From assembly GCA_005239865.1 (NCBI GenBank), contig SBBC01000013.1, positions 36,759-100,758 on the forward strand: 64,000 bases of DNA, read 5' to 3'. The DNA comes from Candidatus Microgenomatus auricola (GTDB lineage: Bacteria > Patescibacteriota > Patescibacteriia > SBBC01). The stretch's first letter is position 1. Each line of letters opens with the position of its first letter. Position numbers and translations under genes: made by a program. This document shows positions 1-8,449 of this stretch, piece after piece. Below the pieces are notes generated by a model. That model was not told the origin of the DNA. It did no database searches and saw only the letters and a program-made list of their open reading frames with translations.

Positions 1-1
1 T

Positions 2-2011
2 CGTCAGCAATTTTTTCGAAGACTCGGCATTCAGCCGAAGGACGTGGTCATGGCGGAACAGGTGCACGGGCGGTGGGTTCGACGTGTCTCAGTGGGTGAC
101 CGTCGGGCGGGCTTCAGGCCTGACACTCGCTTGGCGAGAACCGACGGCCTGGTGACGACTGACCGCGGAATCATGTTGGCGGTCTTTGCGGCCGATTGCG
201 TGCCGGTCATGGCCGTTGATTTGCAACAGCGCGTGGTCGGGGTGGCCCACGCCGGGTGGCGCGGTATTCTGGCCGGGATCATTCCATCGTTCGTGCGTGA
301 ACTCCAACGCGCCGGCGCTAGTTCGCGCTCCCTCTTCCTGTGGCTCGGTCCAGCGGCGCATGCGTGTTGCTATGCGTTGCGACCGGCTGACGCGCCACGC
401 ACCCAAGACTTCATTCGCCGGTTCGGTCACACGAGTGTTCGCGTCGAAGGCAAGACCACCTATCTTGACCTCCCGCAAGCAATAGTGACCGACCTCATCA
501 AGGCGGGCGTACCGCGCCGACAGATTGACATTGATCCGGCCTGTACCATCCACGATTCCCGCGCCTGGCCGTCTCATCGCCGCCAAGGAAAAAAGCGGCA
601 ACACTCGCTCATGGGTATGATCGGTTTGCGCGACCCGCTCGATCATGTCAAAGGAAAGCACGTCCTGGTAATTGGTTTGGGACTCCATGGGGGAGGCGTG
701 GCCAGCATTCGCTGGCTCGTTCGACACGGTGCGCGCGTCACCGTGACGGATAAAAAAAACCGATCGGGACTCGCCACCTCTCTTCGCCAGCTCAGTGAGC
801 TGCCCGTGACCTATATTCTCGGACGTCACCGATCAAGCGACGTTCGGCAAGCTGATCTCGTTATAGCCAATCCGGGCGTCCCCCGGGAATCACCGTTGAT
901 CCAAACCGCTCTCCGCCTTCGGATTCCAGTCGAGAGCGACGCGGCAATTTTTTTTCGTCACTGTCGTTCACCAATCATCGGAGTGACCGGGACGAAGGGG
1001 AAAACCACCACGACGGTACTCATCGAAGCGATGTTGCGAGCCAACCATCGCCCCGTCGTTTCAGTTGGCCACAATCAAGTGCCCCTGCTGCATGTCCTTG
1101 ATCGACTTTCCGCGCGCCAGCTGGTGGTCGCTGAATTGTCCAGTTGGCGACTTGAGGGTTTAGCCGCTCGCGGCATGAGTCCCCACATCGCGGTGATCAC
1201 GAACATCATGCCAGATCATCTCAATCGCTATCGGAACTTCGCGGCGTACGTCCGGGCTAAACAAACGATCGTCAACTGGCAACGACATAATGACAACGCC
1301 GTGCTGAATCGCGACAATCCGGTGACGAGAACTATCGGTCAACGTGTCGTGGCGCGTCGGTGGTGGTTCTCCCGTCGGTATTTTCGCGGCGAAAACGGCG
1401 CTTTCATCCGTCACGACCAAGCCTACATCCGTGAGGATGGCCAAGAACACCAGTTGTTTCGATTGGCGGATGTTCGGCGGCCGGCCGGTCATGAAATATC
1501 CAATCTGCTGGCCGCCGCGGTGGTGGCGCGAATCTGCGGCGTAAAACTCCAAGCCATCCGCCGAATTGTCCGCACGTTTCAAGGCATTCCTCATCGCCTG
1601 GAGACGCTTGGTGCGGTTGACGGCGTCCGGTACATCAACGACTCAAGCGCCACTACGCCCGAAGCGGCGCTGGCCGGTCTCGAGAGCGTTACCGGCAACC
1701 TGATCCTGATCGCCGGTGGAACTGACAAACGACTCGATTACCGCGCCTTTGGCCAGACCATCAGTGCACGGTGCAAATCTGTCATTCTTTTTGACGGATC
1801 GGCCACCCGGAAACTCCTCCGACACGTCATCAATGTGCCGGTGACGGTCGTCCGCGACATGCACCAAGCAGTTCGATTGGCAAACCTGCTGGCTGACCGC
1901 GGAGACACCGTCCTACTTTCGCCAGGAGCCGCTAGTTTTGGTGTATTCCAGCACGAGTTCGATCGAGGCGATCAATTCCGGCAGGCTGTCACGGAGTTAC
2001 GACAAGCATGA
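2..2011 (+). CDS. pgeF-murD: 5'-partial fusion of peptidoglycan editing factor PgeF/YfiH and UDP-MurNAc-L-Ala:D-Glu ligase MurD
   Basis: Frame is open from base 2. PgeF motifs QVHG, ADCVPV, HAGWRG and SHRR come first, then MurD motifs GLGLHGG, ANPGVP, GVTGTKGKTTT, ELSS, PDHLNR, NDSSAT and LLSPGAASF. No internal stop. Confidence 0.93.
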   Translation, partial: RQQFFRRLGIQPKDVVMAEQVHGRWVRRVSVGDRRAGFRPDTRLARTDGLVTTDRGIMLAVFAADCVPVMAVDLQQRVVGVAHAGWRGILAGIIPSFVRELQRAGASSRSLFLWLGPAAHACCYALRPADAPRTQDFIRRFGHTSVRVEGKTTYLDLPQAIVTDLIKAGVPRRQIDIDPACTIHDSRAWPSHRRQGKKRQHSLMGMIGLRDPLDHVKGKHVLVIGLGLHGGGVASIRWLVRHGARVTVTDKKNRSGLATSLRQLSELPVTYILGRHRSSDVRQADLVIANPGVPRESPLIQTALRLRIPVESDAAIFFRHCRSPIIGVTGTKGKTTTTVLIEAMLRANHRPVVSVGHNQVPLLHVLDRLSARQLVVAELSSWRLEGLAARGMSPHIAVITNIMPDHLNRYRNFAAYVRAKQTIVNWQRHNDNAVLNRDNPVTRTIGQRVVARRWWFSRRYFRGENGAFIRHDQAYIREDGQEHQLFRLADVRRPAGHEISNLLAAAVVARICGVKLQAIRRIVRTFQGIPHRLETLGAVDGVRYINDSSATTPEAALAGLESVTGNLILIAGGTDKRLDYRAFGQTISARCKSVILFDGSATRKLLRHVINVPVTVVRDMHQAVRLANLLADRGDTVLLSPGAASFGVFQHEFDRGDQFRQAVTELRQA

Positions 2012-3108
2012 ACGTTCATCGCGCCGATTCCATCTTTCTCCTGATTGTTTTTTCGCTCGTCGTCTTCGGTTTAATCGTTCTCTCTAGCGCCAGCACGGTG
2101 ATTGGCCATCAAGAGTTCGGTGACAGCGCGTATTTCTTGAAACGCCAATTCCTTAGCGTGCTGATCGGGGTGCTCCTCTTCGCCATCACCTACCGTCTCG
2201 ATTATCGTGTCTGGCGGAAGTTTGCGTTCCCGTTTCTCATCATTTCGATGGCGTTGCTGGTGGCGGTATTCGTTCCCGGTATCGGTTTGAAACTCCTCGG
2301 TGCTCAACGGTGGATCAACGTCGGACTCTTCACCTTTCAGCCAGCCGAAATTGTCAAACTGACCTTCCTCGTCTACTTGGCACGTTGGCTGGAGGATCGC
2401 GGTCGGGTAATGACTGATCGGGCCTACGGATTGTGGCCGTTTCTGCTCCTAGTTGGGGCTATTGCTTTTCTCGTGATGAAACAGCCGGACGTCGGAACGA
2501 TGGTGATTATTGGGATCATCGCCCTGTCGTCGTACTGGGTGGCCGGGGCGCCGTTCAAAGATATTGCGTTGATCCTTCTCTTAGCGGCCGGATTCTTTGC
2601 ACTCGTCGTCCAAACTGCCTCGTACCGGGCAGCTCGATTTCTCGTTTTTCTCAATCCGCAATACGATCCACAGGGCGTTGGCTACCACATCAACCAGGCG
2701 TTACTCGCGATCGGGTCGGGCGGGCTGTTCGGTCTCGGCCTCGGCCACTCACGACAAAAATTCAACTATTTACCCGAGGCGCAGGGCGACTCCATTTTTG
2801 CAGTGGTGGCCGAAGAGCTCGGGTTTTTCATTGTCCTCGCCCTCCTGGTGCTGTTTGTCGCGTTTATGCTTCGTGGCTACCGCATCGCTCGTCAGGCGCC
2901 GGACAGTTTCGGCAAGGTCTTGGCCGCCGGTATCACCACCTGGCTCGGTTTCCAGGCCCTGATCAACGTCGCTGCCTTGAGCGGGATAATCCCGCTGACC
3001 GGCGTTCCACTTCCATTTATTAGTTACGGCGGAACGGCCATGATGAGTTCGCTGGCCGCCGTCGGCATCCTGGCCAATATTTCCCGGGCCGGAAACTTAC
3101 GCCCATAA
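2008..3108 (+). CDS. ftsW: SEDS peptidoglycan glycosyltransferase FtsW
   Basis: About 10 TM segments; GAQRWI, FQPAEIVK, QPDVG, YLPEAQGDSIF and PFISYGG; lies between murD and murG. Confidence 0.92.
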   Translation: MNVHRADSIFLLIVFSLVVFGLIVLSSASTVIGHQEFGDSAYFLKRQFLSVLIGVLLFAITYRLDYRVWRKFAFPFLIISMALLVAVFVPGIGLKLLGAQRWINVGLFTFQPAEIVKLTFLVYLARWLEDRGRVMTDRAYGLWPFLLLVGAIAFLVMKQPDVGTMVIIGIIALSSYWVAGAPFKDIALILLLAAGFFALVVQTASYRAARFLVFLNPQYDPQGVGYHINQALLAIGSGGLFGLGLGHSRQKFNYLPEAQGDSIFAVVAEELGFFIVLALLVLFVAFMLRGYRIARQAPDSFGKVLAAGITTWLGFQALINVAALSGIIPLTGVPLPFISYGGTAMMSSLAAVGILANISRAGNLRP

Positions 3109-3111
3109 TCT

Positions 3112-5133
3112 ATGCGCGTTCTACTCGCTGGTGGGGGAACCGGTGGATCAGTCACACCACTGTTAGCCATTGCGGCTGAACTCCGTTCGTCGTTTCCGAG
3201 CGTCGAGTTTTTGTTCATCGGTGGGAAACGCGGGCCGGAACAATCGCTCGTGGCCGCAAAAAACATTCCGTTTGTCTCAATCACGGCTGGTAAGCTCCGT
3301 CGCTATTTCTCTTTTCAGAATGTGCTTGATCTCTTTCGTGTCGCAGTCGGTTTCCTGCAGACTTTTTTTCTCCTCGGAACATTTCGACCGGATGTTATCG
3401 TCAGCGTTGGAAGCTTCGTGGCAGTACCAGTGGTCTGGGCCGGCTGGGTCCGGGGGATCCCGTGTCTCATCCATCAGCAGGATATCAGGCCGGGTTTGTC
3501 AAACAAGCTCAGCGCTCCCTTTGCAACCAAGATCACCGTCTCTTTTGAGCAGTCGCTCCGCGATTTCCCGCCAAGCAAGAGCGTCTGGGTGGGAAATCCG
3601 ATTCGGTTAGAACTTCTCCGCGGCGACCGGGAGCGAGCGCGCACACGACTCGGCCTGCGTGACGATCTCCCGGTGGTCCTCGCCTTCGGCGGCGGCACCG
3701 GCGCGTTGCATCTCAATCAACTGGTGGCGGAAGCTGGACTCAATCTCGTTCGACGATGTCAAATCGTCCTGTTGACGGGCAGCCGTGAACACCGTTTTCA
3801 CGTGGAGCATCCAAATTTTCACACCTATGAATTCCTGACCGACGACATGGCCGACGCCTACGCCGTTGCCGATCTCGTGGTTTGCCGGGCCGGCTTGTCT
3901 ACCCTGTCGGAAATCGCCGCGCTCGGTAAGCCGGCGATCGTCGTGCCGCTCCCAGGGACGCACCAGGAAGAAAACGCCAAACACTTCGAACGTAATCAGG
4001 CCGCTGTCATCCTTCACGAAAAAAACCTGCGGCGGGAAATTCTTGAGCAGACCGTTCTCAATCTTCTATCCGACCACGACCGACGATCGACCCTCGGGCA
4101 CAACATCAAAAGACTTACCCGCCTCGATGCTGGCCAGCGATTAGTTAAAGAAATTGCCGAGATCGCCCACCAGCCGGAACTTCGCCGGATTGAACGTCAA
4201 TTGTCCGGTCGTGCGGAGCGGCTGCTGCGAAACGAACCCTTGTCGCGTCACACCAATTTTCGACTTGGTGGACCAGCCGATCTGTTCGTAGTCTGCCGTT
4301 CGCGTCGGTCAGTCATTGAAACGTTCCGCTATCTCCATCAGGCCGAGGTTCCGTACCTTATTCTTGGTGGCGGTGCCAATGTCGTCTGCGCTGATCGCGG
4401 CTATCGTGGCGTGGTCGTCCAAATCAAAAACCAGGAGTTTCTAGTTCACGGCCATGAAGTCGAGGTCGGCGCCGGCATGAATACCGGACAGGTAGCCAGC
4501 CGCTGTCTTCAGGCCGGTCTGGTCGGAATGGAATTTGTGGTCGGCATTTACGGAACGATTGGCGGCGCGCTCCGCGGCAATGCCGGATCCTTTGGGACCG
4601 AGATGAAAGACGTAGTCGTGTCGTGTCAAGTCGTTACTCCGTCGGGAGTGGTCGAGACCTGGACCAACCAACAATTGAAATTCGGGTATCGCCACAGCCT
4701 TTTGAAGACCGTCAGTGCCGCGGTCGTCACCGTACGCCTGCGACTCCGACCTGGCAATGTTCAACAAGCCCATCAAAAAATTGTCGAGTATGCAACGTAC
4801 AAGCGGACGCATCAGCCGCTGAAGTATCCAAGCGCCGGTTGCCTATTCAAGAATTACGAACTCGGGCCGGATGATCTTGAGTTGCGCCAACGGTTTGCCT
4901 CGGTCCTGAAAGATAATCGGATCCCGGCCTGGGCACTGATTGCCGAAGCTGGATGTGCTGGAATGCGGATTGGTGACATCCAGGTGAGCGACCAACACGC
5001 GAACTTTTTTCTTAATCTTGGACGCGGCCGATCTGATGACGTGATCATTTTAGCGAGTCTCGTCAAGCAGAAAGTCCGCGATCTCTTTGGCGTCCAGTTG
5101 CACGAAGAGGTCCAATTTTTGGGATTCCAGTAA
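3112..5133 (+). CDS. murG-murB: MurG (lipid II GlcNAc transferase) fused to MurB (UDP-N-acetylenolpyruvylglucosamine reductase)
   Basis: MurG motifs GGGTGG, GKLRRY, HQQD, GNPIR, RAGLST and HQEENA, then MurB motifs HTNFRLGGPA, LGGGAN, GTIGGA..NAG, FGYR, SAGCLFKN, HANF and LHEEV. Confidence 0.93.
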   Translation: MRVLLAGGGTGGSVTPLLAIAAELRSSFPSVEFLFIGGKRGPEQSLVAAKNIPFVSITAGKLRRYFSFQNVLDLFRVAVGFLQTFFLLGTFRPDVIVSVGSFVAVPVVWAGWVRGIPCLIHQQDIRPGLSNKLSAPFATKITVSFEQSLRDFPPSKSVWVGNPIRLELLRGDRERARTRLGLRDDLPVVLAFGGGTGALHLNQLVAEAGLNLVRRCQIVLLTGSREHRFHVEHPNFHTYEFLTDDMADAYAVADLVVCRAGLSTLSEIAALGKPAIVVPLPGTHQEENAKHFERNQAAVILHEKNLRREILEQTVLNLLSDHDRRSTLGHNIKRLTRLDAGQRLVKEIAEIAHQPELRRIERQLSGRAERLLRNEPLSRHTNFRLGGPADLFVVCRSRRSVIETFRYLHQAEVPYLILGGGANVVCADRGYRGVVVQIKNQEFLVHGHEVEVGAGMNTGQVASRCLQAGLVGMEFVVGIYGTIGGALRGNAGSFGTEMKDVVVSCQVVTPSGVVETWTNQQLKFGYRHSLLKTVSAAVVTVRLRLRPGNVQQAHQKIVEYATYKRTHQPLKYPSAGCLFKNYELGPDDLELRQRFASVLKDNRIPAWALIAEAGCAGMRIGDIQVSDQHANFFLNLGRGRSDDVIILASLVKQKVRDLFGVQLHEEVQFLGFQ

Positions 5134-5144
5134 AGCCGAAGGGT

Positions 5145-5441
5145 ATGGATACGAGCGTCAGTGCAAAAAACTTTGTTCTCACGCCGAGCCTCAAGACTTT
5201 CGCCGAAGAAAAGATGGAGCGGCTGCGGCGCTATTCGCCGCGCATCATCCGTGCCCATGTCGAGTTGAGCATGAACCGGCATCACCTGCACGGTGATATT
5301 TTTGTGGCCTACGTCTGGTTGGAAATCCCCGGTCAAGACATCCATGCGACTGCCGAGGCTTCAGACATTCGCACGGCCATCGACGCGGTCTACCCGAAGC
5401 TTGAACGTCAGGTCCTTCGTGGCAAAGTACGCCATCGCTGA
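5145..5441 (+). CDS. raiA: Ribosome hibernation factor, short RaiA/YfiA/HPF type
   Basis: 98 aa S30AE-type pattern (KN..LTPSL..FAEEK..RL; DIRTAIDAVYPKLERQ); conserved position upstream of secA. Confidence 0.85.
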   Translation: MDTSVSAKNFVLTPSLKTFAEEKMERLRRYSPRIIRAHVELSMNRHHLHGDIFVAYVWLEIPGQDIHATAEASDIRTAIDAVYPKLERQVLRGKVRHR

Positions 5442-5523
5442 CCGTCGGCGGCAACGCTCGGCTTGTGCGCTTTGTCGTTTTATGACATGCTGCTTGCAGC
5501 CAGGAGATTTTTGACTTGCCGGT

Positions 5524-8247
5524 ATGTCGATTTTGAACAAACTTTTCGGCGATGCAAACGCACGCGTCGTTCGATCATACCAGCCGATGGTCGAGGCCAT
5601 CAACCGACTTGAGCACAACGTTTCCTCGCTCGGCGATGAAAACATCCGCCAACGGCTGCTCGAGCTACGGTCAATTGTTGACGGATCGTCGGCCAAACTC
5701 GATGACGTTCTGCCGGAGGTTTTTGCCATGACACGAGAAGCGTCGCGACGGGCGCTTCAGCTTCGACATTTTGACGTCCAGCTGATTGGCGGAATCGTCT
5801 TGCATCAAGGAAAAATTGCAGAAATGAAAACCGGCGAGGGAAAAACTTTGGTCGCGACCCTGCCCGTCGTTCTCAACGCCTTGACCGGCCAGGGAGTCCA
5901 CATCGTGACCGTCAACGATTACCTGGCCAAACGCGACGCCGGATGGATGGGACCGATCTACGCCCGACTTGGACTGACCTGTGCGGCTATCGTGCATGAG
6001 GCCTCATGGATTTTCGACGAGACGTTCACGAACGAACCGACGACCGATCCGTTGCTTAAGCATCTTCGCCCGATCAGCCGTCGTGAAGCGTACGCCGCTG
6101 ACATTACGTACGGCACGAACAATGAGTTCGGATTCGATTACCTGCGCGACAACATGGTCCCATCACCGGATCACCTCGGGCAGCGCCAACTTCACTACGC
6201 CATCGTTGACGAAGTTGATTCGATCCTGATTGACGAAGCGCGGACGCCGCTCATCATTTCGGCTCCGGTCGAACGTTCGGCCGATGACTATCGCAAAATT
6301 GACCAGCTCGTCAAACGACTGACGGCCGAGCGTGACTTCAAAATTGATGAGAAAATGCGCTCGGTTTTCCTGACCGAGGCTGGCATTACCAGCATGGAAC
6401 GGATGCTCGGTGTGCCGAACATCTATTCGGCCGCGGACAGCGACCTCTTGAACATCATCAATCAAGCGCTCCGCGCGAACTCCAACTTATTCGAGCGCGA
6501 CAAACAGTACGTTGTTCGGAATGGCGAAATCGTGATAGTTGACGAATTCACCGGCCGCTTAATGTTCGGACGAAGATACTCCGACGGTCTCCATCAGGCG
6601 ATTGAGGCCAAGGAAGGAGTCGAGATCAAGCAGGAAAGCCAAACCTTGGCCACGATTACCTTTCAGAATCTCTTTCGGATGTATGAAAAGCTGGCCGGGA
6701 TGACCGGAACGGCGGTGACTGAAGCCGAGGAATTTCACAAAATTTACCAACTCGACGTGGTGGTAATTCCGACCCATCAACCGATGATCCGGGTTGATTT
6801 CGAGGATTCGGTCTACAAAAACGAGCAGGGAAAGTTCACGGCCGTGGTGCGGGAAATCAAAAAGCGTCACGCTCAAGGACAACCTATTCTGGCCGGAACG
6901 ATTTCGATCGCCAAAAACGAACTCCTCTCCGCCCTCCTCCAACGCGAGGGCATTCGCCATGAAGTACTCAACGCGAAAAACCATGAACGGGAGGCCCAGA
7001 TCATCGCCCAGGCCGGTCGGCTAGGAGCGGTCACCATCGCCACGAACATGGCCGGTCGCGGCGTAGACATCATTCTTGGCGGCAACCCACCCAATCCTCA
7101 AGAACATGCGGCCGTGAAAGAACGCGGCGGTCTTCACGTCATTGGGACGGAACGACACGAGGCCCGACGCATTGATTTGCAGCTGCGTGGCCGATCCGGG
7201 CGACAGGGCGATCCGGGCTCCTCGCAATTCTTCGTTTCGATGGAAGACGACTTGATGCGGATCTTCGGCAGTGATCGAATGAAAAATCTCATGGATCGCC
7301 TCGGGATTCCCGATGACATGCCGATTGAGAATAGAATGGTCAGCAAATCGATTGAAGCCGCGCAGAAGAAAGTTGAGGGTCACAACTTCGATATTCGAAA
7401 ACATCTCGTCGAATACGACGACGTCATGAACAAACATCGCGAGGTGATCTACCGGAAGCGAAAGGAAATTCTTCTGGCCGAACCGGTCCGGCTGCGAGAG
7501 ATGGCAAATAAGATGATTGAACAGGAACTCGAAACGCTCGTTGTCTTTCACACCACCGAAGAAAGCCCGGAGCAGTGGAAACTCGATAAAGTCTACGATT
7601 CGGTCAACGCCATTTTCGCTCTGCGATCAGACGAACGGAAACTCCTGCCGGAGCTCGTCAGCCAGTCAGGGAGCGTTCCGCCGGCGTCGTCGTTCCGTCA
7701 CGATCTAACAACGTATCTGGTCGAATTGGCGACCGTCAAATTTTCTACTTTGCTGGCAGCTTCGGCCGAGCCTGATCAGGCCCTCCACATCGTCCGGAGC
7801 ATCATGCTGCGAACAATTGATGTGATGTGGATTGAACATCTGGATTTAATGGAACATTTGCGGGAGGGAATTGGTCTGCGTGGGTACGGACAACGCGATC
7901 CACTCATCGAATACAAGCGCGAGGCGTATCAACTTTTCACCCAACTTCTGAATTCAATTAATGAGCAGACCGCGATTGCGATTTTTAAACTCGAACACGC
8001 TCACACACCGGAACAAACGCCGATGGCGCGTCGGAAATTGATCGAATCAGCACCGGCCAAAACCATGGCTGACGAGCTGGCGCATCCGGTTACCGTGTCC
8101 GGCGTTCCGTCACATGCCCAACCCACCTCGCCGAAAGCGACGTTCCGGAAGGTCGGAAGAAACGACCCGTGTCCATGTGGCTCTGGAAAAAAATTCAAAA
8201 AATGCTACCTAGCCAATGATCCGGGCTGCAAATTACGGACTCAGTAG
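5524..8247 (+). CDS. secA: Preprotein translocase ATPase SecA
   Basis: EMKTGEGKT, VDEVDSILIDEARTPLIIS, TNMAGRG, QLRGRSGRQGDPG and C-terminal GRNDPCPCGSG. Confidence 0.98.
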   Translation: MSILNKLFGDANARVVRSYQPMVEAINRLEHNVSSLGDENIRQRLLELRSIVDGSSAKLDDVLPEVFAMTREASRRALQLRHFDVQLIGGIVLHQGKIAEMKTGEGKTLVATLPVVLNALTGQGVHIVTVNDYLAKRDAGWMGPIYARLGLTCAAIVHEASWIFDETFTNEPTTDPLLKHLRPISRREAYAADITYGTNNEFGFDYLRDNMVPSPDHLGQRQLHYAIVDEVDSILIDEARTPLIISAPVERSADDYRKIDQLVKRLTAERDFKIDEKMRSVFLTEAGITSMERMLGVPNIYSAADSDLLNIINQALRANSNLFERDKQYVVRNGEIVIVDEFTGRLMFGRRYSDGLHQAIEAKEGVEIKQESQTLATITFQNLFRMYEKLAGMTGTAVTEAEEFHKIYQLDVVVIPTHQPMIRVDFEDSVYKNEQGKFTAVVREIKKRHAQGQPILAGTISIAKNELLSALLQREGIRHEVLNAKNHEREAQIIAQAGRLGAVTIATNMAGRGVDIILGGNPPNPQEHAAVKERGGLHVIGTERHEARRIDLQLRGRSGRQGDPGSSQFFVSMEDDLMRIFGSDRMKNLMDRLGIPDDMPIENRMVSKSIEAAQKKVEGHNFDIRKHLVEYDDVMNKHREVIYRKRKEILLAEPVRLREMANKMIEQELETLVVFHTTEESPEQWKLDKVYDSVNAIFALRSDERKLLPELVSQSGSVPPASSFRHDLTTYLVELATVKFSTLLAASAEPDQALHIVRSIMLRTIDVMWIEHLDLMEHLREGIGLRGYGQRDPLIEYKREAYQLFTQLLNSINEQTAIAIFKLEHAHTPEQTPMARRKLIESAPAKTMADELAHPVTVSGVPSHAQPTSPKATFRKVGRNDPCPCGSGKKFKKCYLANDPGCKLRTQ

Positions 8248-8261
8248 GTCCTCAATAGCTG

Positions 8262-8290
8262 TTGACAGGCAGAATTTTTTCTGCTATGCT
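8262..8290 (+). promoter_or_regulatory. sigma70-type promoter upstream of the L,D-transpeptidase gene
   Basis: TTGACA-17 bp-TATGCT, with TG extended -10. Confidence 0.8.
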
Positions 8291-8296
8291 GGTAAT

Positions 8297-8424
8297 AGTT
8301 CGTTGTTTCCAACATAAAAACAAAGAGCAAAGATGAAGGCCAGAGGTCTTCATCTACACAGATGACGATAAAACGTCTTCTCGGTAGTGGGCCTCTGGCC
8401 ATTCTCCATTTCCATCGGGGAATG
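8297..8424 (+). ncRNA. Candidate structured RNA (5' leader or small RNA), family unassigned
   Basis: Complementary segments: GGCCAGAGG 8338-8346 with CCTCTGGCC 8392-8400; AGATGACG with CGTCTTCT; CATTCTCC with GGGGAATG. Lies directly downstream of a near-consensus promoter. Confidence 0.4.
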
Positions 8425-8449
8425 CGCTTGTAGAGCCACCGCGTTTTGC

